A DNA stretch of 36,370 bases from the NCBI GenBank assembly GCA_051748045.1, contig JBNJGY010000015.1, positions 1 to 36,370 on the forward strand, written 5' to 3'. This document shows, in pieces, positions 9,175 to 18,275 of this stretch (position 1 is its first letter; each line of letters starts with the position of its first letter). The notes beneath the pieces were generated by a model that had not been told where the DNA came from, made no database searches, and was given only the letters and a program-made list of their open reading frames with translations. This stretch comes from Thermotogota bacterium (GTDB lineage: Bacteria > Thermotogota > Thermotogae > Petrotogales > Petrotogaceae). A program made the position numbers and the translations under genes.

Positions 9175-10196
9175 GATTTAATTACTTCCTTAATATAAAC
9201 TCCAGAATTTGAGCCGGTTTCTATTATCTCTCCATCAACATTAATTATAGGAAAAACAGATGCCTTTCCTTTTTTTACTACAGTAGCAACATCTCCATTA
9301 TTCAACAAGACTTGAGTCCCTGTAGGATAAAGACCTGTTATAGAAAATAAAGTACTAACATAATAAGGATCAAACATTTTTCCCGATTGTTTTAATAAAT
9401 AACTTATAGCTTCATAAGGAGCCTGTCCTGATTCGATTAAGGAATCATAAGCATCCCCAATTTGTAATATTCTTACTAGAGGATTTATTTGTTCTCCCTT
9501 TTTTTTCATCAAAATACCTGTTCCGTCAAATCTTTCATGATGATTAAAAACAGCATCAATAACTTCTTTTGATATTTGATCTTTCATATTTTTTAATGCA
9601 TTATAACCAGATATAACATGAGACTTTACTACTTTGTTATCTAATTGACCATAATCAAAAACTACTCTTTCTCCAATCAAACTATAACCAATATCATGTA
9701 AAAGACTTGCTTTCAATAATTGGTTTGTAAAAACAAAAGGCATATTTAATTTTACAGAAATAATTGAAGAAATAATTGCTGTATTGATACTATGAGCAGA
9801 TAAAGCTTCTGAACCAATATTATGAAAAAGATTTAAAACTATATCTTCTTTTTCTAAAAAAGATTTGTAAATATCTTCTGATATTTGATTCAGCTGTTCA
9901 TCGTTTTCGTCTAATTTTGTAATGTCTAATACTTTTTCAAATTGTTGAGACCATTTTTTATATTTTTTGTTAGGTACAACTGGTGGTAATTCTGGAAACT
10001 GAATGTTTATCTTATTTTCCATAGTAAAGTCGTCTTCATCATATACAAAGACTTCTTTTATTCCATACTTTTTTAGCCTCTCAATATCTTTCGCTGTTAA
10101 AACATTTCCCTCAGATAATAAAATAATAGAATTTCTTGAAATATCTTCTGCAATTACCATACCTGGATTAACATCGGATATATATAGTTTTCTCAT
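9171..10196 (-). CDS. HD-GYP family protein with degenerate motifs
   Basis: HSINT, LLHDIGY, HHERFDGTGIL, DAYDSL, FDP, GLYPTG; lacks GYP and RxYK. Confidence 0.85.
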   Translation of the reverse strand: MRKLYISDVNPGMVIAEDISRNSIILLSEGNVLTAKDIERLKKYGIKEVFVYDEDDFTMENKINIQFPELPPVVPNKKYKKWSQQFEKVLDITKLDENDEQLNQISEDIYKSFLEKEDIVLNLFHNIGSEALSAHSINTAIISSIISVKLNMPFVFTNQLLKASLLHDIGYSLIGERVVFDYGQLDNKVVKSHVISGYNALKNMKDQISKEVIDAVFNHHERFDGTGILMKKKGEQINPLVRILQIGDAYDSLIESGQAPYEAISYLLKQSGKMFDPYYVSTLFSITGLYPTGTQVLLNNGDVATVVKKGKASVFPIINVDGEIIETGSNSGVYIKEVIKS

Positions 10197-10211
10197 AGTA
10201 AGCCCCCTTTA

Positions 10212-11441
10212 TTATTTTTCCGGGTTTAATTCAGAAATAAAACGAGTGTTTGTAAAAATTTCTTTTGACACTTTGATCACATCTTCTAATGTAACTTTTT
10301 CAACTCTTTTCACTATTTCATCTATATTAACTATTTTACCATATGTCAAATATAAGTCTAATATTTTCATTCCATAAGCCATATTAGTTTCTATGTCAAT
10401 AGTTAATTTCCCAATTAACCTCTGTTTTCCATAATTCACCCAATCATTTAAATCTTCTCTCTTATATATTAATTTTGTAATTTCTTCAATTTTTTCTTTA
10501 TAATTTTCTATATTTTCATTTGATGTAGCTGCAAAAATCATAAATAAACCGCTATCATTATAAGAGTTATAATCAGAAGCAACTTCATAAACTAGCCCTT
10601 CTTCTTCTCTAATATTTGTAAATAATAAAGAGCTCATTCCACTTCCCATCAGAGTATTCAAAACAAGAGTAGCGTAATAATCTTTACTATACTTTGGAGG
10701 AGCTTTATAGGCATAAACTAAATAATTTTGAGATAAGTCTTTTTTTGTTTTTTTAACACTTATTTCTTCATTAGAAATTTTTGGGCTTTTAATCTCATTT
10801 TTTTCTTTAGATTCTCTATTTATTTCTAATGACTCTAAATATCTTATTACCTCAACTTCATCAAAATTCCCTACGATAGAAACAATTGTATTCTCAGGTA
10901 TGAAATTTTTCTTATAATGAGTTCTAAGTATATTTTCATCCATATTTTTTACAGTTTCTCTATACCCAATTATAGGTCTACCAAAATTTGAATCGTAAAC
11001 ATTTCTAAAAAGGTTTTCAAAAATTTGGTCTACAGGGTCATCTTCATACATTGCTATCTCTTCTAAAATAACTTTCTTCTCTTTTTCTATATCGTCTTTT
11101 TCTAGAGAAGCATTGAAAGTTAAATCAGATAAAATTTCTATTGCAATATTTATGTTTCTGCTTGGAACTTTTGAATAAAATAGTGTTAAATTTCTTGCAG
11201 TAAATGCATTCAAAGAACCTCCAACTTCTTCAAGAGGTTTTTTAATTTCTTTAATATTTCTTGTTTTAGTTTTTCTAAAAACGGTGTGCTCAATAAAATG
11301 AGACACACCGGCTATATTATCTTCTTCATGAACAGAGCCTGATTTAACACAAAAGGAAACTGAGGCACTCCTCATAGTTTTTCTTTTCAATAATAATAGG
11401 GTTAGACCGTTTTTCAGTTTGTTTACTTTAAACAATCTCAT
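10212..11441 (-). CDS. M16 (pitrilysin/insulinase) family zinc peptidase
   Basis: HFIEH inverted zincin motif, [20 protein letters not shown]; usual neighbour of pnp. Confidence 0.92.
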   Translation of the reverse strand: MRLFKVNKLKNGLTLLLLKRKTMRSASVSFCVKSGSVHEEDNIAGVSHFIEHTVFRKTKTRNIKEIKKPLEEVGGSLNAFTARNLTLFYSKVPSRNINIAIEILSDLTFNASLEKDDIEKEKKVILEEIAMYEDDPVDQIFENLFRNVYDSNFGRPIIGYRETVKNMDENILRTHYKKNFIPENTIVSIVGNFDEVEVIRYLESLEINRESKEKNEIKSPKISNEEISVKKTKKDLSQNYLVYAYKAPPKYSKDYYATLVLNTLMGSGMSSLLFTNIREEEGLVYEVASDYNSYNDSGLFMIFAATSNENIENYKEKIEEITKLIYKREDLNDWVNYGKQRLIGKLTIDIETNMAYGMKILDLYLTYGKIVNIDEIVKRVEKVTLEDVIKVSKEIFTNTRFISELNPEK

Positions 11442-13549
11442 TTACCCCCATCTTTATTATCATTTGATTCTTCTTCAATTAATTCAAGTTGAAATTTCCC
11501 AGGGCCTTCAACTTTTAAAACCTTAACTTTTACAATCTGACCTAATTTGAATTCTGTAGGTTTTTGTTTCATATTAGATGCATGAAGTAATCCAACTTTT
11601 CCTGGTAATACTTCTACAAATAAACCATATTTTTCAATTCTTGTTATTTTCCCTTCAAAAACATTACCTTTTTCAACATCTGTTGTAAGATTTTTTATAT
11701 GATTAATTGCTTTATCAATTTTCTCAACATCAAATCCTGTTACTTTAACGAGTCCACTATCATCTATAAATACTTCTACAGTGTAGTTTTCCATAATTTT
11801 TTTGATAACTTCTCCACCACGACCTATAACATCTCCAATTTTCTTTTGTGGAATTTGTATAGTTTTAATTTTTGGTACAAATTTAGATAATTCTTCTTTT
11901 GGTTCAGGTAGAGCATCATACATTAGGTCCAATATATGATTTCTTGCTATTCTAGCTTTTTCTAGAGCGATTTTCATTATTTCTCTAGTAACTTTATCAA
12001 CTTTAACATCCATTTGGAAAGCAGTAATTCCTTCTCTTGTCCCTGTTACTTTAAAATCCATGTCTCCCAAATGATCTTCTATTCCTAAAATATCTGTTAA
12101 AACAACATTTTTATCTTCTTCAAAAATAAGACCCATAGCTATACCAGCAACATGTTTTTTAAGAGGAACACCAGCGTCCATCATAGCTAATGATGCAGAA
12201 CAAACAGAAGCCATAGATGAAGAACCGTTTGATTCTAATATTTCTGAAACCATTCTTATTGTATATGGAAATTCATCTTCTGTTGGAATTAAATTCTTAT
12301 GTGACCTTTCTGCGAGATGTCCATGTCCAATTTCTCTTCTTCCTGGACCTCTTAAAGGTTTTGATTCACCTGTTGCATATGGTGGGAAATTATAATGAAG
12401 CATAAATCTTTTATCTTCATCAGAAAAAATAGTATCTACCATTTGTACATCCATAGGTGCTCCCAATGTAATTATACCTAAAGATTGTGTTTCACCTCTA
12501 GTGAATAAAGCAGAACCGTGAACTCTATTAATTAATCCAGTTTCACATTCAATTGGTCTAATCTCATCTGTTCCTCTTCCATCTGCTCTTTTATTGTCAT
12601 CTAGTATAGATCGTCTCATAGTATTCTTAAATACTTCTTCATATTTTTCGTATAAAAATCCTTTTTTCTCATTATAAAAACTTTCTGACCATTTGTCTAA
12701 ATATTTTTCTTCGAATGATTCAAAAACAGATTTTTTATATTCTGCTAAATTTTTATCTTTATTTTTTTTACCATCTACAAGCATTCTTTTCATTATTTCT
12801 TCTCTATCAATTAATTCTTCAAAATCACTCAAGAAATCTTTAGGGCATGTTGGAACTTCTACTTCCCATTTTTCTATATTAAATTCTTTAATAATTTCTT
12901 CTTCAAATTTTATAACTTCTTTAATTGCATCATGAGCGAACATCAACGCATCAACCATTTCATCTTCAGAAACCTCTAAAGATTCACCTTCAACCATAGT
13001 AACAGCATCATTAGTTCCTGCGACAATGATATCCATTTTTGATTTTTCTAATTCTTCTTGAGTTGGAAACGCTACATACTCACCATCTACATAACCTATT
13101 CTTACTCCAGCAACAATGCCATTAAAAGGGATAGGAGATAAGTTAAGAGCTAAAGAAGCTCCCGTAATACTCCATGTTTCAATGCTATCATCACCCAACA
13201 TTGAAAAAACTGTTGAAATAACTTGGATTTCATTATGAAAGTCTTTAGGAAATAAAGGTCTAATTGGTCTATCTATTAGTCTTGAAGATAAAATTGCCTC
13301 TTCACTTGGTCTTCCTTCTCTTTTAACAAAACCTCCAGGAATTTTCCCAACAGCGTAGAATTTTTCTTTAAAATCTACTGTTAATGGTAAAAAATCTATA
13401 CCTGGTTTAGGTTTTTCACTAGCATTAGCTGTTACTAAAATTGTTGATTCATTGAAATTCAAAACAACTGAACCTAAAGATTGTTTAGCCATTTTACCAT
13501 GTTCAATAGTTAATTTTCTTCCGAAAATTTCTTTTTCCCATTTTTTCAT
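11438..13549 (-). CDS. pnp: Polyribonucleotide nucleotidyltransferase (PNPase)
   Basis: [47 protein letters not shown] and S1 domains. Confidence 0.98.
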   Translation of the reverse strand: MKKWEKEIFGRKLTIEHGKMAKQSLGSVVLNFNESTILVTANASEKPKPGIDFLPLTVDFKEKFYAVGKIPGGFVKREGRPSEEAILSSRLIDRPIRPLFPKDFHNEIQVISTVFSMLGDDSIETWSITGASLALNLSPIPFNGIVAGVRIGYVDGEYVAFPTQEELEKSKMDIIVAGTNDAVTMVEGESLEVSEDEMVDALMFAHDAIKEVIKFEEEIIKEFNIEKWEVEVPTCPKDFLSDFEELIDREEIMKRMLVDGKKNKDKNLAEYKKSVFESFEEKYLDKWSESFYNEKKGFLYEKYEEVFKNTMRRSILDDNKRADGRGTDEIRPIECETGLINRVHGSALFTRGETQSLGIITLGAPMDVQMVDTIFSDEDKRFMLHYNFPPYATGESKPLRGPGRREIGHGHLAERSHKNLIPTEDEFPYTIRMVSEILESNGSSSMASVCSASLAMMDAGVPLKKHVAGIAMGLIFEEDKNVVLTDILGIEDHLGDMDFKVTGTREGITAFQMDVKVDKVTREIMKIALEKARIARNHILDLMYDALPEPKEELSKFVPKIKTIQIPQKKIGDVIGRGGEVIKKIMENYTVEVFIDDSGLVKVTGFDVEKIDKAINHIKNLTTDVEKGNVFEGKITRIEKYGLFVEVLPGKVGLLHASNMKQKPTEFKLGQIVKVKVLKVEGPGKFQLELIEEESNDNKDGGK

Positions 13550-13586
13550 TTAATTTTCACCTCTTAATTAATATCTATTCTTATAT

Positions 13587-13615
13587 ATTCTACCATAATT
13601 AGCAGGATTTATAAA
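13587..13615 (-). promoter_or_regulatory. Probable pnp-operon promoter
   Basis: Minus strand TTTATA, 17 bp, TAGAAT with TGG extended -10, just downstream of the rpsO terminator. Confidence 0.55.
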
Positions 13616-13643
13616 AATAAAGCGGGGCTTATTAGCCCCGCTT
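13611..13643 (-). terminator. Intrinsic terminator after rpsO
   Basis: Stem AAGCGGGGCT/AGCCCCGCTT (13620-13643) followed by a U-rich tail on the minus strand. Confidence 0.88.
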
Positions 13644-13648
13644 AAAAT

Positions 13649-13924
13649 TTATCCTCTTATTCCAAGTTTTTTAATTAATTCTTGATATAATTCTGGTCTT
13701 CCTTTTTTCAAGTATTTTAACATTTTTCTTCTTTTTCCAACCATTGACATTAAACCTCTTCTTGAATGGAAATCCTTTGGGTGTTTTTTCAAATGTTCAG
13801 TTATATGTTTTATTCTAGCTGAAAGTAAAGCTACCTGTACTTCTACTGAACCTGTATCTTTTTCGTTGATTTGAAATTCTTCTACAATTTCTTTAGTTAC
13901 ATCATTTTCTAATCCTCTTGACAT
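13649..13924 (-). CDS. rpsO: 30S ribosomal protein S15
   Basis: [27 protein letters not shown]; upstream of pnp; RBS AGGAGG. Confidence 0.98.
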   Translation of the reverse strand: MSRGLENDVTKEIVEEFQINEKDTGSVEVQVALLSARIKHITEHLKKHPKDFHSRRGLMSMVGKRRKMLKYLKKGRPELYQELIKKLGIRG

Positions 13925-13948
13925 GTTGTTTCCTCCTGAATATGTATT

Positions 13949-13991
13949 CCTAAAACTAAGTAAAGGGTAACTCCCTAAACTGAGTAATAGG
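13949..13991 (-). promoter_or_regulatory. Structured rpsO 5' leader (candidate S15 autoregulatory element)
   Basis: CCUA-UU-ACU-C-AGU-UU-AGGG-AGUUA-CCCU-UU-ACU-U-AGU-UU-UAGG hairpin starting at the predicted TSS. Confidence 0.5.
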
Positions 13992-13998
13992 TATTTTC

Positions 13999-14027
13999 AT
14001 TATATTATAATAATAATAAATTGTCAA
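13999..14027 (-). promoter_or_regulatory. rpsO promoter, perfect sigma70 consensus
   Basis: TTGACA (14027-14022), 17 bp, TATAAT (14004-13999). Confidence 0.9.
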
Positions 14028-14036
14028 TGAATTGTA

Positions 14037-14045
14037 TGTTATAAT
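14037..14045 (+). promoter_or_regulatory. Extended -10 promoter element for the GNAT gene
   Basis: TGTTATAAT about 25 bp upstream of the ATG, which has a GGAGG RBS. Confidence 0.55.
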
Positions 14046-14069
14046 TAATTAAAAAATGGAGGTATTAAA

Positions 14070-14525
14070 ATGGCTTTATCAGTTTTTACTTTTTTATTTA
14101 AAGATTTTGAATTTTTTAAACTTGCTTATGATATTAGAGATAAAGTTTTTATAAGAGAGCAAAATGTGCCAAAAGAAGAAGAATTAGATGGATTAGACCC
14201 TGCTTGTATTCATTTTTTAGGTTTATATGAAAATACCCCTGTTGCAACTGCAAGGGTTAGATATATAGATAAGGATACATGGAAGGTTGAAAGAGTTGCT
14301 GTTTTAAAAGAATATAGAAATAAAGGCTTTGGAAAAGAAATGATGGAAAATATTGAAAATGAAGCTCATAAAAAGAAAGTTTCAAAACTAATCTTGAATT
14401 CTCAAAAAAATGCTATTGATTTTTATAAATCCTTAAATTATAAATCGATATCAGATGATTTCTTTTATGAAGCAGGAATACCACACATAAAAATGCAAAA
14501 AATATTAAAAGAGAGCCAAAACTAA
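14070..14525 (+). CDS. GNAT-family N-acetyltransferase (ElaA/YjcF-like)
   Basis: IRDKVFIREQ, RVAVLKEYRNKGFG acetyl-CoA motif, FYKSLNY, EAGIPHIKM. Confidence 0.92.
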   Translation: MALSVFTFLFKDFEFFKLAYDIRDKVFIREQNVPKEEELDGLDPACIHFLGLYENTPVATARVRYIDKDTWKVERVAVLKEYRNKGFGKEMMENIENEAHKKKVSKLILNSQKNAIDFYKSLNYKSISDDFFYEAGIPHIKMQKILKESQN

Positions 14526-14534
14526 TTGGCTCTC
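14511..14534. terminator. Hairpin between convergent GNAT and CoA-disulfide reductase genes
   Basis: GAGAGCCAA-aactaa-TTGGCTCTC, with A-rich left and T-rich right flanks. Confidence 0.7.
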
Positions 14535-14540
14535 ATATTT

Positions 14541-16205
14541 TTATGAATTTTTGAGCATAACCTTTGCTTTTTTTGCATTAGCATATACAGTGAATCCACC
14601 GTTTAAATTTTTCACTTTAAATCCGTTTAATTTGAGTATTCTGTATGCAAAGTATCCCCTCATACCTAGTGTGCAATATGTTATATATGTTTTATTCTTA
14701 TCCAAGTTGTCTATTTTTTCTCTTAATTTTGGGAATGGAATATTAATCTCATTTTTTAACCCAATAACGTTTTTATCATTTATTTCATCTGGATTTCTTA
14801 CATCTATTAATACAGAATTTTCTAACTCTTCTAATTGATCCCATTCAATTGTTTCTATTTCACCATTCAATATATTTTCTCCGACATATCCTGCAACGTT
14901 TAGGGGATCTTTCGCTGATCCAAATGGAGGAGCATAAGCAAAATCTATATCTGTTAAATCGCTTACTGTCATATTCCCACTAATTGCAGTAGCAAGAACA
15001 TCTATTCTTTTATCCACACCATTTTGACCTACTACCTGACCTCCAAGAATTTCTCCTTCTTTATTGAAAAGTATTTTTGTTGTTAAAAGAGCTGCACCTG
15101 GGTAATAACCAGCATGATCTTTTGAATTAGTTATCGAGGAAATGTATTCTACTCCCATAGCTTGTAACTGCTTTTCATTCATTCCAGTTGAACCAATCGC
15201 CATATTGAATACTTTTGCGATAGATGTTCCAATACTCCCTTTATACTCTTCTTTATTATTTTTCATAATATTATTTGCAACTATTCTAGCTTGTTTATTT
15301 GCTGGTGCAGCTAAAGGAATATTGGTTCTTTCACCACTTATTAGATGCTCAATCTCAACAGCGTCTCCAACTGCAAATATATTTTTATCTGACGTTCTCA
15401 TTTGTCTATCAACATATATGCCTTTTTTACCAATTTTTAATCCTGCTTCTATTGCTAATTTTAATTCTCCTCTAACTCCAATTGAAAGAATTACCATATC
15501 AGTTTCTACTGATTTTCCATTTGAAAGCTTAATAGAATATTTTTTTTCGCCTTCTATTTTTTCTATAGCATTACCTAATATCAAGTTAACTCCGTGTTCG
15601 GTCATATGATTTTGAATTATAGATGCCACTTCAAAATCCACTGTATTCATTATTTGATCAGCCATTTCTACTAAAGAAACTCTAATCCCTCTCTCAGTTA
15701 AATTTTCAGCCATTTCTACACCAATGAATCCGCCACCAGCAACAACTGCATTTTTTACATTATTTTTTTCTATATAGTCTATTATTTTATCCATATCATT
15801 GACATTTCTTAAAGTTTTTACTCCTTCTTTGTCGAACCCTTCTACAGGTGGAACAAAAGGATTAGCTCCAGGAGATAGTATCAAATAATCGTATTCTAAA
15901 TTATAATCTTCCAGATTTTTTCTATCTCTTGCTAAGATTTTTTTATTTTCTTTATCAATAGATAAAGCCTCGGTATGGTTTCTAACTTCTACATTTATTT
16001 TTTTTAAAAATGACTCTGGTGTTTCCAACAATAATTCTTCTCTTGATTCGATTGTACCCCCTATATGATAAGGTAACCCACAATTAGCAAAACTAATATG
16101 TTCTCCCCTTTCGATAACAATTATTTCCGCATCTTCAGATAATCTTCTTAATCTAGCTGCTGCTGTAGCTCCACCAGCAACTCCACCTACTATTACTATT
16201 TTCAT
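14541..16205 (-). CDS. CoA-disulfide reductase / NADH-persulfide reductase with C-terminal rhodanese domain (CDR-RHD, Npsr-like)
   Basis: GGVAGG, SFANCGLPY redox Cys, GGGFIGVEMAE, YAPPF, rhodanese IDVR...YCTLGMRG...NLNGG. Confidence 0.92.
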   Translation of the reverse strand: MKIVIVGGVAGGATAAARLRRLSEDAEIIVIERGEHISFANCGLPYHIGGTIESREELLLETPESFLKKINVEVRNHTEALSIDKENKKILARDRKNLEDYNLEYDYLILSPGANPFVPPVEGFDKEGVKTLRNVNDMDKIIDYIEKNNVKNAVVAGGGFIGVEMAENLTERGIRVSLVEMADQIMNTVDFEVASIIQNHMTEHGVNLILGNAIEKIEGEKKYSIKLSNGKSVETDMVILSIGVRGELKLAIEAGLKIGKKGIYVDRQMRTSDKNIFAVGDAVEIEHLISGERTNIPLAAPANKQARIVANNIMKNNKEEYKGSIGTSIAKVFNMAIGSTGMNEKQLQAMGVEYISSITNSKDHAGYYPGAALLTTKILFNKEGEILGGQVVGQNGVDKRIDVLATAISGNMTVSDLTDIDFAYAPPFGSAKDPLNVAGYVGENILNGEIETIEWDQLEELENSVLIDVRNPDEINDKNVIGLKNEINIPFPKLREKIDNLDKNKTYITYCTLGMRGYFAYRILKLNGFKVKNLNGGFTVYANAKKAKVMLKNS

Positions 16206-16663
16206 TTTCTCACCTCTTCAAATATTTTATTTTCAATTTTATTTTTTAATAAATCTAACTCTTCATTAATTTTTTTTAAATCATCTTTATCTTGCCAATC
16301 TGCAAAAGAAAATAACTTGATTAATTCATTTATCGTATTTCTAAATTCTTTTGAAACGTTGGCACAATTACATTCTGATATAAGTTTTATTTTGTTAAAA
16401 TAATCATTAGCCTGATCTCCATTATCAAGTTTTTCTATGTATTTTTTACCCTCACTAGTAAGATAATATTCTTTTTTTCTTCCTTTAACTTCAAAATCGA
16501 TTATCCCCCTATTATTAAGATCTTTTAATTTTGGATATATAGAGCCAGAGGATATTGTGATATTTTTATCTTTCGAACTTTTAATAAAGTCATATCCTGA
16601 AGCTTTTTTATTTTCTGATAAAAACTTCAATATGTAAGTTTCTACAATACTTTTTTTATTCAT
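16202..16663 (-). CDS. PadR-family transcriptional regulator with CxC motif
   Basis: SGYDF, SSGSIYPKLKDL...G, RKKEYYLTSEG; start reassigned to ATG 16663 behind AGAGGAG; ATGA overlap with the reductase. Confidence 0.88.
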   Translation of the reverse strand: MNKKSIVETYILKFLSENKKASGYDFIKSSKDKNITISSGSIYPKLKDLNNRGIIDFEVKGRKKEYYLTSEGKKYIEKLDNGDQANDYFNKIKLISECNCANVSKEFRNTINELIKLFSFADWQDKDDLKKINEELDLLKNKIENKIFEEVRK

Positions 16664-16695
16664 GATTTTCTCCTCTTGTGAAATTGTTCTCATTA

Positions 16696-16731
16696 TTGAT
16701 ATATCGAAATTGATATATCAAATTCGATATA
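16696..16731. promoter_or_regulatory. Tandem palindromic operator upstream of padR
   Basis: 16700-16731 is a 32-bp inverted repeat with one mismatched pair centred on TGATATATCA; also a 14-bp period repeat TTGATATATC. Confidence 0.75.
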
Positions 16732-16741
16732 ATTTTCTCAT

Positions 16742-16773
16742 AAAAAAAATAACTATTCATAACTGAATAGTTA
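16742..16773 (-). terminator. Intrinsic terminator-like hairpin upstream of the padR promoter
   Basis: Perfect 10-bp stem TAACTATTCA/TGAATAGTTA followed by U8 on the minus strand. Confidence 0.65.
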
Positions 16774-16789
16774 ACTTATCCTAACCTAT
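16771..16789. promoter_or_regulatory. Candidate DtxR/IdeR/SirR-type operator
   Basis: TTAACTTATCCTAACCTAT matches TTAGGTTAGCCTAACCTAA at 15 of 19 positions. Confidence 0.35.
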
Positions 16790-16826
16790 TATTACAAAGC
16801 ATAATAATTAATTCACAAACAATTAT

Positions 16827-16851
16827 AAAAACCCCCCTAAATAGGGAGGTT
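16827..16851 (-). terminator. Intrinsic terminator after the FAD oxidoreductase
   Basis: Minus strand AACCTCCCTA-TT-TAGGGGGGTT followed by T run. Confidence 0.8.
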
Positions 16852-16857
16852 AAATTA

Positions 16858-18150
16858 TTAAAGTGTATTAGAAATTAAATAACCGTGAGCAGCAGCGTAT
16901 GTAATTGATCTTGTCCATCCAGATGAGTCACCAATTATTTTTAAATTTTCATATAAACTATTATCAATTTTATTTCCATAGAACTTGACTTCCACACCAT
17001 ATAATAGGTTATCAGGATATGTTATTCCTGGAATAACTTTATTTAACTTTTCCATAAAATCTATAATTGATTCAACTGTTTTCCTAGGAAAAATAAGATT
17101 CAAGTCACCAAGAATAAAAGAGTTTTCTAATAAAGTTGGCTCAACTCTTCCAATTTTCTTGGTTCTATTGGAATTATAAAAATCTTCATATGTTTGAAGA
17201 ATAACTTTTTCTCCACCAGCTAATATATTAGAAAGCTTTGAGATATAAGATCCATAACCTATCGGATCGTTAAAAGGCTGTGTAAATGAATGAGTGACTA
17301 AAATTGCAAAATTAGTATTTTTTGTTTTTTGTTTTGCTTTAGCGTGACCATTTACAGTAACAAAGTCATCATATTTTTCAAGAGTTACTTCTCCAGAAGG
17401 GTTATTACAAAAAGTTCTAACCATATAACCTGTTTTTGTTTTTAACCTCAATTTGAATTCATACATTTTATCATTTAATTCCTGAACAACATGATCTGGT
17501 AATTCAAATCTAACTCCTAGGTCAACTTTATTATTAGATAAAACTATATCAGGCTCTTGATCTATTAAGGACTTAACTAGTTTATGACCTCTTCTTCCAA
17601 CAGCTAATATTAAGTGGTCGTAGTTTTTGTTTATATTGTTTATAGTATAATGATTTTCAAATTTATTTATTTTTTCTATTTTTGAGTTGAAATGAAAATT
17701 TATATTTTTATTTTCTTCAAATTCTTTATATATTTTTTTTACTGTATCTGCTAAAGCATCAGTTCCTATATGAAAAAATTCAGATTTTACTGGTTCGAAC
17801 CCTTCATCATAAAATTTTTTAAATAATGTTTCATCATCAAAAGACAAACCATGTTCTATATCATCTTTATATAATTTTTTACCGTTGTCATAAGAAATCA
17901 TATCTGCCTTTTCTAAAAAGAATTCAACAATTTCTCTTTGAATTTTTGTGGGAATTTCAAGGTCTCCTCCCATATTTTTTGAAATAAATATTTTTCCATC
18001 ATACTTCAATCCACCAAATCCAGCATTATCTATACTATCTCCCATTTCATATACATCAATTTCATAATCATTAATATTTCCATTATCAATCATTCCTTTT
18101 AAAAAACCTATAGCAGCTGCGCCAAATCCTACTAAAGCAACTTTTTTCAT
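16858..18150 (-). CDS. Uncharacterised NAD(P)/FAD-dependent oxidoreductase (COG2509-like)
   Basis: VGFGAA FAD motif, DGK, HIGTD, AVGRRG, RTFCNNPSG, VNGH, NTNFAIL, YGVEVKFY; start moved to ATG 18150 behind GGAGGTG. Confidence 0.85.
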   Translation of the reverse strand: MKKVALVGFGAAAIGFLKGMIDNGNINDYEIDVYEMGDSIDNAGFGGLKYDGKIFISKNMGGDLEIPTKIQREIVEFFLEKADMISYDNGKKLYKDDIEHGLSFDDETLFKKFYDEGFEPVKSEFFHIGTDALADTVKKIYKEFEENKNINFHFNSKIEKINKFENHYTINNINKNYDHLILAVGRRGHKLVKSLIDQEPDIVLSNNKVDLGVRFELPDHVVQELNDKMYEFKLRLKTKTGYMVRTFCNNPSGEVTLEKYDDFVTVNGHAKAKQKTKNTNFAILVTHSFTQPFNDPIGYGSYISKLSNILAGGEKVILQTYEDFYNSNRTKKIGRVEPTLLENSFILGDLNLIFPRKTVESIIDFMEKLNKVIPGITYPDNLLYGVEVKFYGNKIDNSLYENLKIIGDSSGWTRSITYAAAHGYLISNTL

Positions 18151-18186
18151 AAAATACACCTCCGAGAAGATTTAAAAACACAAATC

Positions 18187-18195
18187 ATTATACCA
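18187..18195 (-). promoter_or_regulatory. Extended -10 promoter element for the oxidoreductase
   Basis: Minus strand TGGTATAAT about 37 bp upstream of the start. Confidence 0.55.
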
Positions 18196-18275
18196 TAAAT
18201 CAAAGTTTTAAATCTTTAATTTATTTTTAAAATTTTTTAGTATAATTGAATTATTCAAAAAGGGGGTTGGTAATT

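Noticed and set aside
16664-16693. Upstream ATG extension of padR (likewise the longer ORF-track starts for the oxidoreductase, apbC, surE, tatD, murA, 18246 and 33541)
   Set aside because: Downstream starts have proper RBS spacing and match family N-termini; the extensions run through RBS or promoter sequence
16696-16731. CRISPR-like or tandem-repeat locus
   Set aside because: Only 2.5 copies of a 14-bp unit with no spacers and no cas genes; better explained as an operator
16776-16802. 8-codon ORF MLCNNRLG on the minus strand as a leader peptide
   Set aside because: No RBS, and no informative codon bias to support it
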